The position numbers and the translations under genes are program-made. Below, one piece after another: positions 48,680 through 61,700 of a stretch of DNA of 64,000 bases. How positions within the stretch are numbered: the first letter of the stretch is position 1; each line of letters starts with the position of its first letter. Source of the DNA: Isurus oxyrinchus (taxonomy: Eukaryota); assembly GCA_026770705.1 (NCBI GenBank), contig JANJGN010000047.1:4216001-4280000 (forward strand), read 5' to 3'. A model generated the notes under the pieces. It was not told the origin of the DNA and made no database searches. It saw nothing but the letters and a program-made list of their open reading frames with translations.

Positions 48680-50330
48680 CAGCTGAAAATACGTGAAAAG
48701 ATACCTGATGGTCAGTAGCTGGGAAGAGAGAAACATAGATAAAATTAGGAGTCCAATATTATTTATAGCTTAGGAACAGGAGAGAGGTGGAAATCTGATC
48801 AGTTTAATGTTGTTTTAATAAAAAAAGAAGGGGCAGGCAAAGAAGGGACAGGTGCACAAATTGAGAGGTCAGGAACATGTGAGAGGGCACGAGAAATATC
48901 ATTAGGAAAATGTACTGAAACACAAGACAATGGGAACGACAAGGAAATGCTGAGGTTTAATAATTAGTTCTAGACCAGACGCCGATAGCACAATAAATGT
49001 GAGCACTGCCTGAGCCAGAATAACGAATTAGCAGAAAATGGCAAAACAAACGCGCTAGCTCTGACTGAAAACAACAACAACAAAGAAACAAGTTACAGAC
49101 TTGCACGTGTGTAGAATTAAATCAGAAAAAAATGAACAAAATTCTTTGCCTGAAGATGTTAAACTCAATGCTGAGTCCAACAGGCTTTCAACTGCCTAAC
49201 TGCAAAGAAGGTGTCCTTCCAGCCTCCATTGTCCTACATTGAAAGATTCCCACAGACGGAAGATGGAAATTTGAGCATGAGAGCAAAGCTGGTGAAGTGA
49301 CATAGCAAGCAGCAAGAAGGTAAGGTTCATGTCTGACATAGAACATTCATTTATTTTCGCAAAGAATACACTCATTTTGGTCTCGGCCTTCCCAATGTAG
49401 ACGACATAGCGTTTTGTGCAGCAAATATAGTAGACTACTTTGAAGGAAGTATAAGTAAATCATGGCTTCACCTGGAGGGATTTCTTGAGGCTTTAATGGT
49501 AAAGAGGTAGGACGTAAATTTCGAGGTATTACACCTCCAGCTATTGCAAGTGAGAATGCAGGTGAACGGCAATGAAGGTTTAATGGTGCTAGTTGTTTGG
49601 TCCAAGTGGTTACAGAGAGAAATGTTCCTTTGGAATGACGCCAGATTAGAGAAGGGATGATAAGTTTGCTCCTGACCTCATGCTACATTTCGTGTATGTG
49701 ACGCAGGCTGCTGGGATGGAGAAGGAGGCCATAGGCAACCAGATGGCTTCAGAAAGGGAGGGGACATAATGAATGCAGAAATTCTGGATATGCGTCGGAC
49801 ACGGTCAAGGGGCCAAAAGGTGGGAGCTGGCTTGGCAGGGGAAGAAGGAAGTCAATTTGGGATTTTTATTGTGAAATCTAGCATCATGAGATATGTTCGA
49901 GGCAGGGGTGTTGGATATTGGAAAGCAGGATGTGAGTATGTACAGCCGAGGTAGCTGTGGAAATCGGTGGGTTTGTCTATAATATTTGTACACAGCCGAT
50001 CACCAGCAATTGAGACAGAAAAGTCGTGGAAGGAAAGAATCGGAGTTGGAAGATGTGGAGGTGAGAAAGGTCTGCAATTGGAAGCAAATTTGATTGTTTT
50101 TATTTTCCCCATGGTCCAGAAGAAAGCATAAAGTGGCAGCAAAACGGTCATCAATGTTCCAGAAAAAAGAATCAATTCTGGCATTGGGACTGATTAGGAG
50201 TTTATTTAGAAACATAGAACATGACCACCCCCGAAAAAGTCAGATGTAATTCGGGTCCATGCTGCCACCTATAACCCCACCTATATGAGTGCAAATCTGA
50301 AGTGAGCAAAAAGCTTTTTCAAACAGTGAA
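48680..50330 (-). mobile_element. Penelope-like retroelement, decayed
   Basis: Minus ORF 49852-50184: FFWNIDD region and ...SIAGDRLCTNIIDKPTDFHSYLGCTYSHP (KPTDSHSYL-type motif of Penelope RT). Confidence 0.8.
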
Positions 50331-50429
50331 AAATTAGGGTTTTGAATGCACAGCATGGAAGTGTTGCTTTGGCAGGTTCAATCGAGGCGTTCAAGACGTT
50401 ATTGGATGTTTATTTCAATAGAAACAGCA

Positions 50430-51595
50430 AAGAACAAAGAACAAAGAAAAACACCACAGAGGAACAGGCACTTCGGCCTTCCAAGCCTGCGTCCATCATA
50501 TTGCCTGTCAAAGTAAAACATTTAGCAATTCTGGTTTCTGTATCTCTCTATTTCCAACCTATTCGTGTATTTGTCCAGCTGCCTCTTAAACACCACTATC
50601 GTGCCTGCTTCCACCACCTCCTCTGGCAGTACATTCCAGACATTCACTATCCTATGCGTAAAGAAACCTTGCTTCGCACGTTTCCTCTATGGTATTCTCC
50701 TCTCACCCTAAATCCATGTGCCCTAATAATTGAATCATCCACCCTGGGAAAACGCTTCTGTCTATCTGCTTTGTTCATGCCAATCAGAATTGTATAAACT
50801 TCTATCAAGTCACCCCTCAATTTCCATCGCTCTTGTGAGAACAATCCGAGTTTCTACAAGCTCATCTCATAGTTAATTATGTCCAGGCCAGCAACTTCCT
50901 GGTAAACCTACTATGCAGCTTCTCCAATGCCTCCGTATTCATCTGGTAATGTGGCGACCAGAATTGCACGCAATATGCCAAGTGTGGTCTAACCAAGGTT
51001 CTATACATCTGCAGCATGACTACCCAACCTTAATACTGAATACCTCTGCCAATGAAGCCAAGCATGGCATATGCCTTCCTGACTACCTTGTGGACCTGCG
51101 TTGCCACTTTCAGTGACCTGTGGACCAGTAAAACCACATCCCTTTGCCCGTCGATGCACTCAAGTTTTCTGCCATTTGCTCTATAATTCCTACTTGTATC
51201 ATTCCTTCCAAAATGCATGACCTCACAATTGCACAGAGTAACTCCATCTGCCAATTCTTCGCTCATGTCTCCAAAAGATCTATATCCTGTGGAATCCTTT
51301 GACAAACCTCTTCACTATCTGCAACTCCTCCAAACTTAGTCTCATCGCAACCTTACTAATTAGGCCAGTTACAGTTTCCTTCAAACCATTTTCGTATACT
51401 GCAAAAAGAAAAAGGTCCCAGAACCGATTCTTTCGGAGCACCACTAGTCACCGTTCTCCATTCATATAAGCACCCTTCCACTGCTATAGTCTGCCTTCTA
51501 TGACCAACCCAATTCTGTATCCATCTTGCCAGCTGCATTCTGATCCTGTGTGACGTTACCTTCACTACCGTCCTTCCATTAGGGACATTCTCAAA
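50430..51595 (-). mobile_element. CR1-type LINE 3' end plus RT
   Basis: Minus ORFs LRGDLIEVYTIL, CEVMHFGRND...SLKVATQV..VVRKAYAMLGFI, WRTVTSGAPKESVLGP. Confidence 0.9.
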
Positions 51596-53952
51596 CGAAA
51601 AGTTTTACGGGGAATGGACAGGAGATTTGCACTAAATTAAAATTCCTAGAGTGCCGAAGCAGTCACGATGGGCCGAATGTTCCTCAATGCAATGTTTTAG
51701 CTGTGTGACTCTGTGATTCTTATTTGATGAAAGGAAAGTAAAAACAATTCAACTTTGTTTTCTCAGTGAGAGATAAAGTTCAGCCCGGCTGCGATGGACG
51801 TGGGTGGATGTGGACTGTTTGGGCCTCTGGTCATTGAAGAAATTGAGAGTATCAAAGTGCCAGTGTGGCAGATGCAGGACTGGAGGGATAGGATGTACAT
51901 TGTGAAGTGTGGCAATTAGGAACTGGAAATTAATGTTGAGTTTGAGGGCGACGGAGTTATCACGAAGCTGTTTAGGAGACTTCTGCATCATGGGAAGCAA
52001 AATCTAGACAAATATGAAGAAATACTTTCACCGAGGTAGGCAAAGGTGGAGTAAATGGGTATCATAGGACAGTCCTTTTTGAGAGGATTATATGAAGTAG
52101 GGAAAGGTCGGTGGTACAGAGTTGGGGTACCATGAGTTTGGAGGCTGTAGTGGGAAGGCATTCCTTGCATTTGAGTTCGGTGGCAGGCCTGGAAACTACC
52201 ACTTGATTGTACCGTTTGATGTGGTTATGGTCCAGATGGGGTGTAGAAGAAATGCCTGACAGTTGGTACTCAGATTCTGCAAGATAGAGGTCCTATGCCA
52301 GACAGGTATGCCATATTGAGTCCGTCAATTTGCCATTTTATGGATAATGTGTTGCTGTCAATGACTGAACACACACACACAAAACTACAAGTTGATTAAC
52401 TTTGTGATTATAATCCAAACTCATAGAAAAGCCAAAACTCAATTAACTGACATTGTGACTATACAGTAACACTCGGCCATATGCTGGCAACATGGCGTAT
52501 AAAGTAACATTGTGATTAGAAAGTAACCGGAAACCTGGCAAATAAGTAATCATCCTCCAAAGTGATCCAAAACCTTCAAACCTGCGCAATACTAACGTTT
52601 TGGCCATGTTTTTACAAAGCAAACAAAAACCCAAAAGGTTATCCACGTCCCAAGCTGATTGAAGAGCAGGAAATTGCCGGCCTGCTGATGCGCCACCCCA
52701 TTTTAAGAACATAATCGACAGGATTTAAAATTTTCGATCACTTCCAAACTAACACAGAGACATTAGCTACCCGACTGCAATTGAACTAACCCGCTGAGAA
52801 TTAACTGCCTCACTCCGCAGATAGGGAAAATTCCCCACAAACCAACCCTCTTCAACCCGATAAAACAAGGTTAATTTCGAGCAATCTAAAAGGTGTAAAT
52901 GTCGTTCTTCCAGCACAAAATAATCCATTAAGACACATTCTTATCCGTTGAAATAGAAAAATAAGCAAGTCTATTAAAATCAAGCTGCACTGGCCCAACT
53001 CACGTATTGTGAACCCGCAATATGTACCAATGATGTTACGGAACACTCGTAAACTGACACTGTTCCAGTTAACTTGTTAGCAACATAAGCCTATGAACAA
53101 TGGCAAACTGACCCAAAAACAACAAAGTGGCTCAAGAATATCAATCCGACCCGCTGCCGATGTACTTAACATTGTACTCATTTAAAAATAAAAATGAAAT
53201 AAAAGAAAACCTGCAGAGTGATGCACTATCAATTAACAGAACTATTCCAATATAGCGAATAATCACTAAATACAAATTTAAGGTCCATTATATGACTCAT
53301 TCAGCTGAAAGAAAAAGACCCTATAAAATATCCGGTAACACTGAGTTCTCAAATAGCAATCAGATCTATCTATCAGTAATATAATAAATCAATCCATAGG
53401 TTTGATATGAACACAGTAACTGAATAGACTCTCTCATTAAATCTTACTCATTTTATACAGGCTGACTCACAGCAATGAGACGGGCGTACGAATGCTCTGC
53501 ATTAGCATTTTTAATCATCAACCGCCAATTAAAAAAAAGCTAAAACTATGTGAACAAAGGCAAGGTCGTCGCACAGCCTTCGAAGGAAAGCCGGGGACAA
53601 TTGTGGACCGATTAGAAAACGGTATGCACATCAGGCAAAGTCATCGCCCGCCTTCAACCGACAGCTCGGTACTATTGAGGAGTAAGGAGAAAATGGTTTG
53701 GACGTTAGTTACATTCACTTAATGGCCTTTGAAGTGTGGTTCTGACTACCAAAGAGACAGTCCATTGTCGGCAGAGGGAATCCTTGTTGTACTAAACTAA
53801 TACTTTGGTTGTGTCTCTATTGAGGAACAGATGTTTGTTAAAGTGGGAGTAAATGAGTAGCAATTGGCGACATTGAACATGAAACAACATTGATAAATTG
53901 GTTCTCTGTAAACGCCACATAGTGTTAAAAGTAGCAATATCACCTGATATAT

Positions 53953-54099
53953 AAAACAAAAACAGAATTACCTGGAAAAACTCAGCAGGTCTGGCAGCAT
54001 CGGCGGAGAAGAAAAGAGTTGACTTGTCGAGTCCTCATGACCCTTTGACAGAACTTGAGTTCAAGTTCAAGAAAGAGTTGAAATATAAGCTGGATTAAG

Positions 54100-54130
<31 letters not shown>

Positions 54131-54559
54131 TGTGGGGGGTGGAGAGAGAGAGAGAGAGAGAGAAGTGGAGGGTAGTTGGTGTGGTTGTAGGGACAAACAA
54201 GCAGTGATAGAAGCAGATCATCAAAAGATGTCACATCTTTTGATGATCTGCTTCTATCACTGCTTGTTTGTCCCTACAACCACACCAACCCCCTCCACTT
54301 CTCTCTCTCTCTCTCTCTACCCCCACCGCCGCCCCCCCCCCCCCCCCCCACCCCCCTCACACACACACACACACACACATTAAACCAGCTTATATTTCAG
54401 CTCTTTCTTGGACTCGAACTCAAGTTCTGTCGAAGGGTCATGAGGACTCGAAACATCAACTCTTTTCTCCTCCGCCGATGCTGCCAGACCTGCTGAGTTT
54501 TTCCAGGTAATTCTGTTTTTGTTTTGGATTTCCAGCATCCGCAGTTTTTTTTTTGTTTT
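53953..54559. mobile_element. ~600-bp palindromic Penelope 3'-end insertion with 17-bp target-site duplication
   Basis: Symmetry centre at 54232 (aaaagatgt-c-acatctttt); tatcacctgatatataa occurs at 53938-53954 and 54560-54576. Confidence 0.95.
54423..54461 (+). ncRNA. Minimal hammerhead-like motif (mirror copy on the - strand at ~54016-54054)
   Basis: agtt-CTGTCGA-a-gggtc-atgag-gactc-GAAA-ca-TC-aact. Confidence 0.5.
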
Positions 54560-57500
54560 TATCACCTGATATATAACCCGCCAGGGGTACAGAAGACTGG
54601 GAGTGATAATGATTGGTCGTTGATTTTTATTGGAAGCTGCTATACATTACTACTCCGAAGGTGTGTGTTATTGGGGAACTGTCTCATATTTCGCAATTAC
54701 AGCCGTCATCAGAAGTGAAACATTAAATCCTTCAGCATTATGTAGAAACACTGATCAAGCAAAACAAAAATTAACAAATTTAATCTTGCTTGGGGGTATT
54801 CTGTGTAATACAATTTGATGGTATATTGATAGGTGCAAAACAGATAAGTTACACCAACCTAGATATGCAAATAACACATAATAACAATGAATCCTTGCTG
54901 AGCCAGCAAAAAATGACTCAACGCATACACGACTGTACAATAGCCAGCAGATAATATATTAATTACACCTCATAACACCACAAAATTCAGCTCAATATCC
55001 AAATCTTCAATTTTCTGAGCACGCAGGAACTGATTAAGCATTCGACAGTTAACAAAGTGACCAGGGCCCATCAACTCACCCCTCACTAATATATGAATAC
55101 AATGCAGAAAAAGCTAACCTAGTGCTCTGAAAATGACCTAACATCTCAGACATCCCCCAGTTGTTGTCACTTGTCATCATATCTAAGCCATGTATTAGAA
55201 TTAAAACTGAAAGAATACATATATGCTGACCCATTAATCATTAAAATATCCCGCATCCAAACAAAATAGACATGCTCTTTTAGTCCAGATCCAAATACTC
55301 TTTGCAAAGGAGTGCCCAAGGACTGCTCTGTGGAGTCAGCCTTTACTGAATTTTTTTTATTTTTCAACAGAATCCTAAACGGTCAGTAGTTCGAGGGCAT
55401 TGCAGAGTGGAGGCTGGTGTGAGGGGTTTGCTGAGGGGGGTGGTGGAGTTGGAAACTTCCCACGTTATGGCTGTAGATTTCCACATCCTCAGAAAATGCA
55501 ATAGTTTGTTAAACCCACCAAGGCAAACGCAATGTGTGTTTCATACGTCAGATTCTCTCGACAGGTTACCGACATTTTGTTCTCTGACGAACTATTTATG
55601 ATAGTGGTTAGGATTATTTGCCGGCAACATTCTGTTATTTTTTTTTCTCCTGAATTGGTGATGTTACCCAGATGTGCTGTGCCGATTCATTGGCTTGGAC
55701 ATGTTCAATGCCCAGTAGCATTAAGTCAATATTAGAAGCGAGCAGCTACTAAGATGCTCGTGCAGGTATAACCACAACGACTGGTGTTCCTGTCTGATCA
55801 GCAGAACACCAAACCAAACAGCGAGTGCTCTGTGATTCTACAGCCTGCGAACTGCTTTGGGAATGCACACAGCCATCTTCAATACTAATTGCTCTTCTTT
55901 AGAAAACACATTTTTTACCACAAATATCTCTGTGGTATCCACTTCTCTCCAAGACTCACGCTGAATGATGGCAACATTATTCAATTCAAATGATTGGCAA
56001 TGTTTACTGAAAATGGTGCAAGTGCATGTCTGCTTTATTTAGGGAATGTTTCCAGAGCGGACTTTTTCCGAGATACAAGTTCGTGGAAAATTGGAAAAAT
56101 CACACAAGTAATAATGTTGTTCTCTGTTATTGGTGATATTGGTAATCAAGCAACTGACTCTTCAATTAAGCATTTCACCAAGTGTGACAACAATGAACTG
56201 CAATAAATTTAGCCAATGAAGATTCACAATAACTTTAGACTTAAGGTTATTTCAATATCAATAGTTTGCTTTATCCCTCAGTTCAGCTGTTTGAATCTTA
56301 AATCTTTCCAATATTTCCTTATATAGAGTCATCTTCAAATTCCCCTTGACATCGTTGACAAATTATTCTCGTTTTGGGACTACAGACAGTGCAATAATAC
56401 ATATAATATGTAGCCACAAAGAATAAGAGTAGAAACAAACAGCGCCAAATATATACACCGAGTTATTAATCTGAGAAACTTTTAAACTGGGTCCTTCTGC
56501 CTTGCACCTTAGAAAGAGAAATATATATTTGATTTGATTGTGCCTTTCTCTTTCCCCAGGTGACAAGGCCTCTAGAGAAAATGTACCAGTGTGTCAAGTT
56601 TATTTTGTACTGTTCCATGTGTTTATTAAGTTGCTGAATTTACGGCACAAGGCCGTGCACGCTATTCTCGCTCAAACATAGATTCAAGTGAGGATGCAGA
56701 GAATACATCACCTAAGTTTAAAATATAAAACCTTACAACGATCAAACAAAACCGAATATCAGTCATGATAATACTGAGCTGCCCACGATGATTCTGATAT
56801 TTACAATGATGAGGAAAATTTAGCCCGTTTAATTCATGGTGTCTTTCTTTCCATGTATTATTGCCCGCAGGCATTTTCTTCTCCATTTTAAAACCCACTT
56901 CAAGCTGGATACGATAATCCTCCTTGTCTTACAATGTCTGCTAATGTTCAAGTGAATTTTCTTTATCATTCGAAGGCCCTCAGTAACCAATTTGTTAACG
57001 TTTGAGGTCGCAGTGACCTGACATGTGGCCCAGAACTGATTTTGGTGAAAGGTCATCTCGACATGAAACGTTACTCGCTTCCTTCCAAAGATGATGAAAT
57101 GATTGCAAGTTATTCTGGCATTTTTATTTGCAGATCTCCAGCCTCACATTTTTTGTTTGTTTTCTTCTAATACATGATAAAGTCCTGTATACAAGCAAAT
57201 AGCTGGAGAGAGCGTTGGAGAGAAATGCAGACAATGAACCACAGAGAGTAAGCCAGGAGCAAGGCAGACTGAGCGAAACATAGACAAACATGCAAAAACA
57301 CACACACGCAGAGAATGAGGTACGTGGAAAACGTTTATATTCTTGAACTTCATAGACTGGCGAGTAGGAATAAGTATGCCAAATGGCTAAGTGTCAGTAG
57401 CTAGAGGGAATGAACATATAATGATTGTCAACATGATTGCTGAACAGAAAGCTCTTCAAACAGCAACTTGCTAAGATGTGGACTGCAGTATTAGAAATAA

Positions 57501-58749
57501 AGGTGTAATCATATTCCTAAAAGTTCTGAGAGGGCAATTGGACAAGTAGTAGCAAATGGCTCATTTTCAAACTAATGGAGGAAAAACAATAGTTGTGACT
57601 CACCACTTCTTTTGTAAGTTTCTGCTGTAAGTTTCAATGATCCCGTACAGTTTTGGTGACTTATTTCCTTTCCCTCCTCACAGGAAAAAAGGGTAGGAAA
57701 GGGACGTCGATACATTGTAGCCATTAATGGGCAGTTTCGGTCTCATTGCTCTGTGTTGCCAGGCGGCATTTTCGAGCTCTTACATGACCACATCTACCGG
57801 TTAATTGGAAGAAAGAAGCCACCTCTGTACAAACCGTTTTCAAATAATTAACTGCCACCTCAGCCGAGTTTTCAGAAGGTGTTGGAAGGAGAGCCACGCA
57901 GCGGTTAATGTTCAAGTCCCATCGCCGGAACGCACTGCCGGGACACTGCTGCGGTCCTTCCTGACTCTAAGTGCACTGCAGCTTCTGAACGTTGAGCGAT
58001 TACCATGTGACAGTATTATGTTCTCTATTGAGGCTCCCAAAATTATTAAACAATTAACCATATCAAGACATGGACTGGTATTTACTACTTAAAATATTGG
58101 GATGTTATGGAAGGCAGTTGTGGACGTGTTTTCAAAATTCACACTTCTACCCAGTGTCTCATGGAATATTGATGCATAATAATATAGAGTGAGACGATGG
58201 GAGTTCAGCACATTTAAAACATGTTCGGTTGCGCATTGAAAGTGCAGCAGCTCACAAAGCAAGTAATCAAAACTGGAAAGTGGGATTAGGCGGGAAGCTA
58301 GTTTTGGACCCGCGCAGGCACGTTTGATCATAGACCCTCATTCTTTGCTATAAATTGCGATGGTTTCGCGCGTGAATTCAGGTCCATCTTCTCTATTGGC
58401 AGCCACCTGATGTTTCTGTGCCGTATCGTTCGACAGGAGTTGAAAGACTTCCCGGCTGAGAAAACTAAACATCTGTGACGCAGAGGGCTTTCCCGCCAGA
58501 TAGCATTGGAGTCGGGGCGTTATTGATTGAAAACGGGCGTTATACATTTAGCTACGTCCTTTATTCATATCGTTTGAATTGAAGATTGAAGTGGCAAGTT
58601 CACTTAGCCAAAATTTTGTTTAATGACTATCTTAGGCAGTTCAATTTATTTCGACATCGATCGTTTTGAATTATATGTAAAACTTATTACATCTTATTGA
58701 CGAGAGTTTCAATATCCATTTGATATTTACATCAGAGACATTAAAATCC

Positions 58750-61700
58750 GAAATTGATCAGAATTTGCACAGCATATGAATACACTGAAACCCTTGCTTC
58801 TCTTCCTCAAGCACAGCTCCGAGGAACTTCCGTCTGAATTTCTTGTGATATAGAGACAAGCACGAAAGCATTAATAATAGCTTGCTCTGCCTGAATGTTT
58901 TGCAAGTTCGTTAAATATTGTAAATTAACATAAGAATAAAGAGCACAATTTATATTATAATGTTTTTGTTATGATGAAGTGATTCTCCAAATATATTGTT
59001 ACTGCAATTTATTTATATCTTTGGGGAATTGTCTTTGTCAATGTTATTCCATAATTTGATTATATATCCTTCCAAGATAGTACGACATTGTGGGAAGCTC
59101 TGAATTCGTATTAACGTATTTGCTTTTGTAGAATCATGTAATAAGTAAGTTGGCTGAAATTGATTCCATATTCTCATTTTTTCACGCTCCACTTGCTGGT
59201 TATTGAGATATTGAGACTTATTCCTGCATTTTCTTGCAGCTGCCTGATATTTTTTTGCTGAGTTTTATCTCGATGCCTTGGTTCAGTTTTTTGCTGCTTC
59301 CAGCATGTGTTATTGCATTCCTGTATAAATCTCTAATTTTCAATCACATATGTTAGTTTACTGACTGGGAAACCTTGCTGCAAAGTTGCAAGTTACAACG
59401 TAAAGGGCATATGGTTCCCTTAATAAGTTTACTTTATTAAAAGCAAATGCATAGTAATCGCCAGGTATTGCCGTTGATACAAGGAAAATATCTTCTAAAT
59501 CAAAGAACTGCTGGAGGCTCATATTGTAAATTGTTCTACAAATTATTATCAGAAATCGAGGAGTGAACATAATATTTTTGTGGAAAATTGAATATTCTTT
59601 CCATAAATTTGCTACTAACTGGGGTTGTGTAAATGTGTTTTGAGTTAGTTAATTTAATTGTGTGGATTTTTGAGTTAGTCGATGCTTTGCACATTCATTT
59701 AATTTTAAATACATCAAGTACAAACCGTTAAATTTTCTCCAGGGATTTCATTGTCCATACGCTGGGATTTATTTATCTTTTTTGCAGCTGATTATTTTTT
59801 TTTCCAATTGAAACTGAGACGTGGTAAGGTAAGCTCGAAAGTGAGCAGACTTCCAGCAGTTTGTTTTTATCATGACCTGTGTGCTCTTGTACAGAAACAG
59901 CAGGGTGAACATTGCATTCTAAACTAGTTAATTAAATTCAGCAAATAAGGAGCCGAACCCATCCCTGTTATAAATGAGAGTATCCGATTCTGGGGGACAA
60001 TTAACTCAAGGAGTACAGAATAACAGTCAGAGCTGTACCAACTGGAGAATGAACCAATGCAGATGTTTCTATCAGTCAGATTTCTCAATGCAAATGTTGT
60101 CAACCCTCCTGGTCATACAGCGAAACAAAGAAACAATTACATAATTTATTCTGCATCAGAAGGCGGGCTAGAATTTTTGAATATAGTATGATAAAATATT
60201 AAGCATTCTCAGCATCAATATGGCTTGAAATAATATTTATCATCAGTAAAATTACTGACTGCAATCCCCAAATATTAACTAGGTAAACTAGTTCTTTTTT
60301 CTACATAATTGCCGTGTTTAGTTTAGCTTCAATTTTCTTCATAATTAGGATGATTTGAAATGAAGTTAGTGATTCGACTTCATACATTTTACATGTACAG
60401 ATCCAGGAAATTATCATCTTTTCTCCTCCTCCTTCCACATTGCCGATAACTTTTATATCGAGTTGTGCAGTGTTAAGGGGATCAAGGGAATTGTCATTTT
60501 CTCCATCTCCTTGCAGCGGGGCATGGAGGATTTTTTTGCTGCTTTCTCGTTCGAAGATTCAATAATTAAGTTTGTTTCACTGACAGTGAATACATTCCAG
60601 CGCTGTTATCAGATAAATATTTTATTTACCAGAAATCATTTTCATTGGCTATTTAGTTTAATTAAAAAAGATAGAGAAATAAATGTCTAAATTCTGAAAC
60701 CCTGATTGTATTGGTTAATGACCATTTTCTTCACAGGGTTGAAAGGAGATTTATGTTATCCAGACTAATTTTCACAGACCCAGTGCAGATCAAGTTCAAA
60801 TTACACAAGCAGGCCTGTTCTGTTCAAATTTGGAATAGGTTGTCTCAGGGCAAGCAAAATTTGAGAGGTCTTATTTAATTTCTAGACATTTCATTGAAGA
60901 CAGTTTATGGTCTGTTTTATTTTCGGTTCATTCGGCTTTTAACAGAAAAATTATTTTCTCCAATTCGATTAACAATTGTGACGTGCATTGTGTAGCTTCC
61001 ATCTGCTGAACAAAAAGTTTGACTTCACGACAATGTTCATATCAAATATAAATTTCATACAGAATCCAACTCAAGGAAAGAGAGGGTTAGCTTATCTTGA
61101 CCCCTGCGGTTCTTGTAGACAAAACAGAATGTAATTGCAAATCTTGTTAAACCCAACATGCTCGAAGCAGAGCGCCGTCATTCTTAAAATAGCATGTATC
61201 ACATTCTGGGATGTAAGTTCACTCACTGACTGTAGAAACCAAGTTAATTTTGCAGTTGCTGCCAACTGAAATAACACACACATTTTTCAAAAATATATTC
61301 ATCAGTGATAGTGCTGTGTGAATAATGTGAGTTGCAATGAGCGGAAAGACTATAAATCGTGCTTTCAGCTTTGGACTTCTGGGAATGCCTGTAAATTTGG
61401 CAAAAAGTTAACTTAAAACGAGATAGATCAATATTGGCTTTGAAAGTATAATTAAGGTACCATCTGCACGCTGAAAAATGAGGAGACTGAAAGATCTCAC
61501 ATCTTCCCGGGAATTAACTGATGAAAATTTTTTGACTTTTTTTTACGGAGATTCTAAAATTAAAATCAAGTTTCCTTAGACACGCAATTAATGCATGTTA
61601 TGTACGTGAACATGAATGCTTGTCAGCCTCTTTCATATACCCAACATTTTTTTACATAGGATCATCTTGTATTTAATGAGATATCAGGTCTCCATTCTCA

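Noticed and set aside
52340-53460. Possible solo LTR or endogenous viral fragment
   Set aside because: I could not identify paired LTRs, TG..CA ends with a TSD, a primer-binding site or a viral ORF.
58300-58560. Locally CpG-rich patch and 69-aa minus-strand ORF
   Set aside because: Too short for a CpG island and no recognisable protein or promoter architecture.
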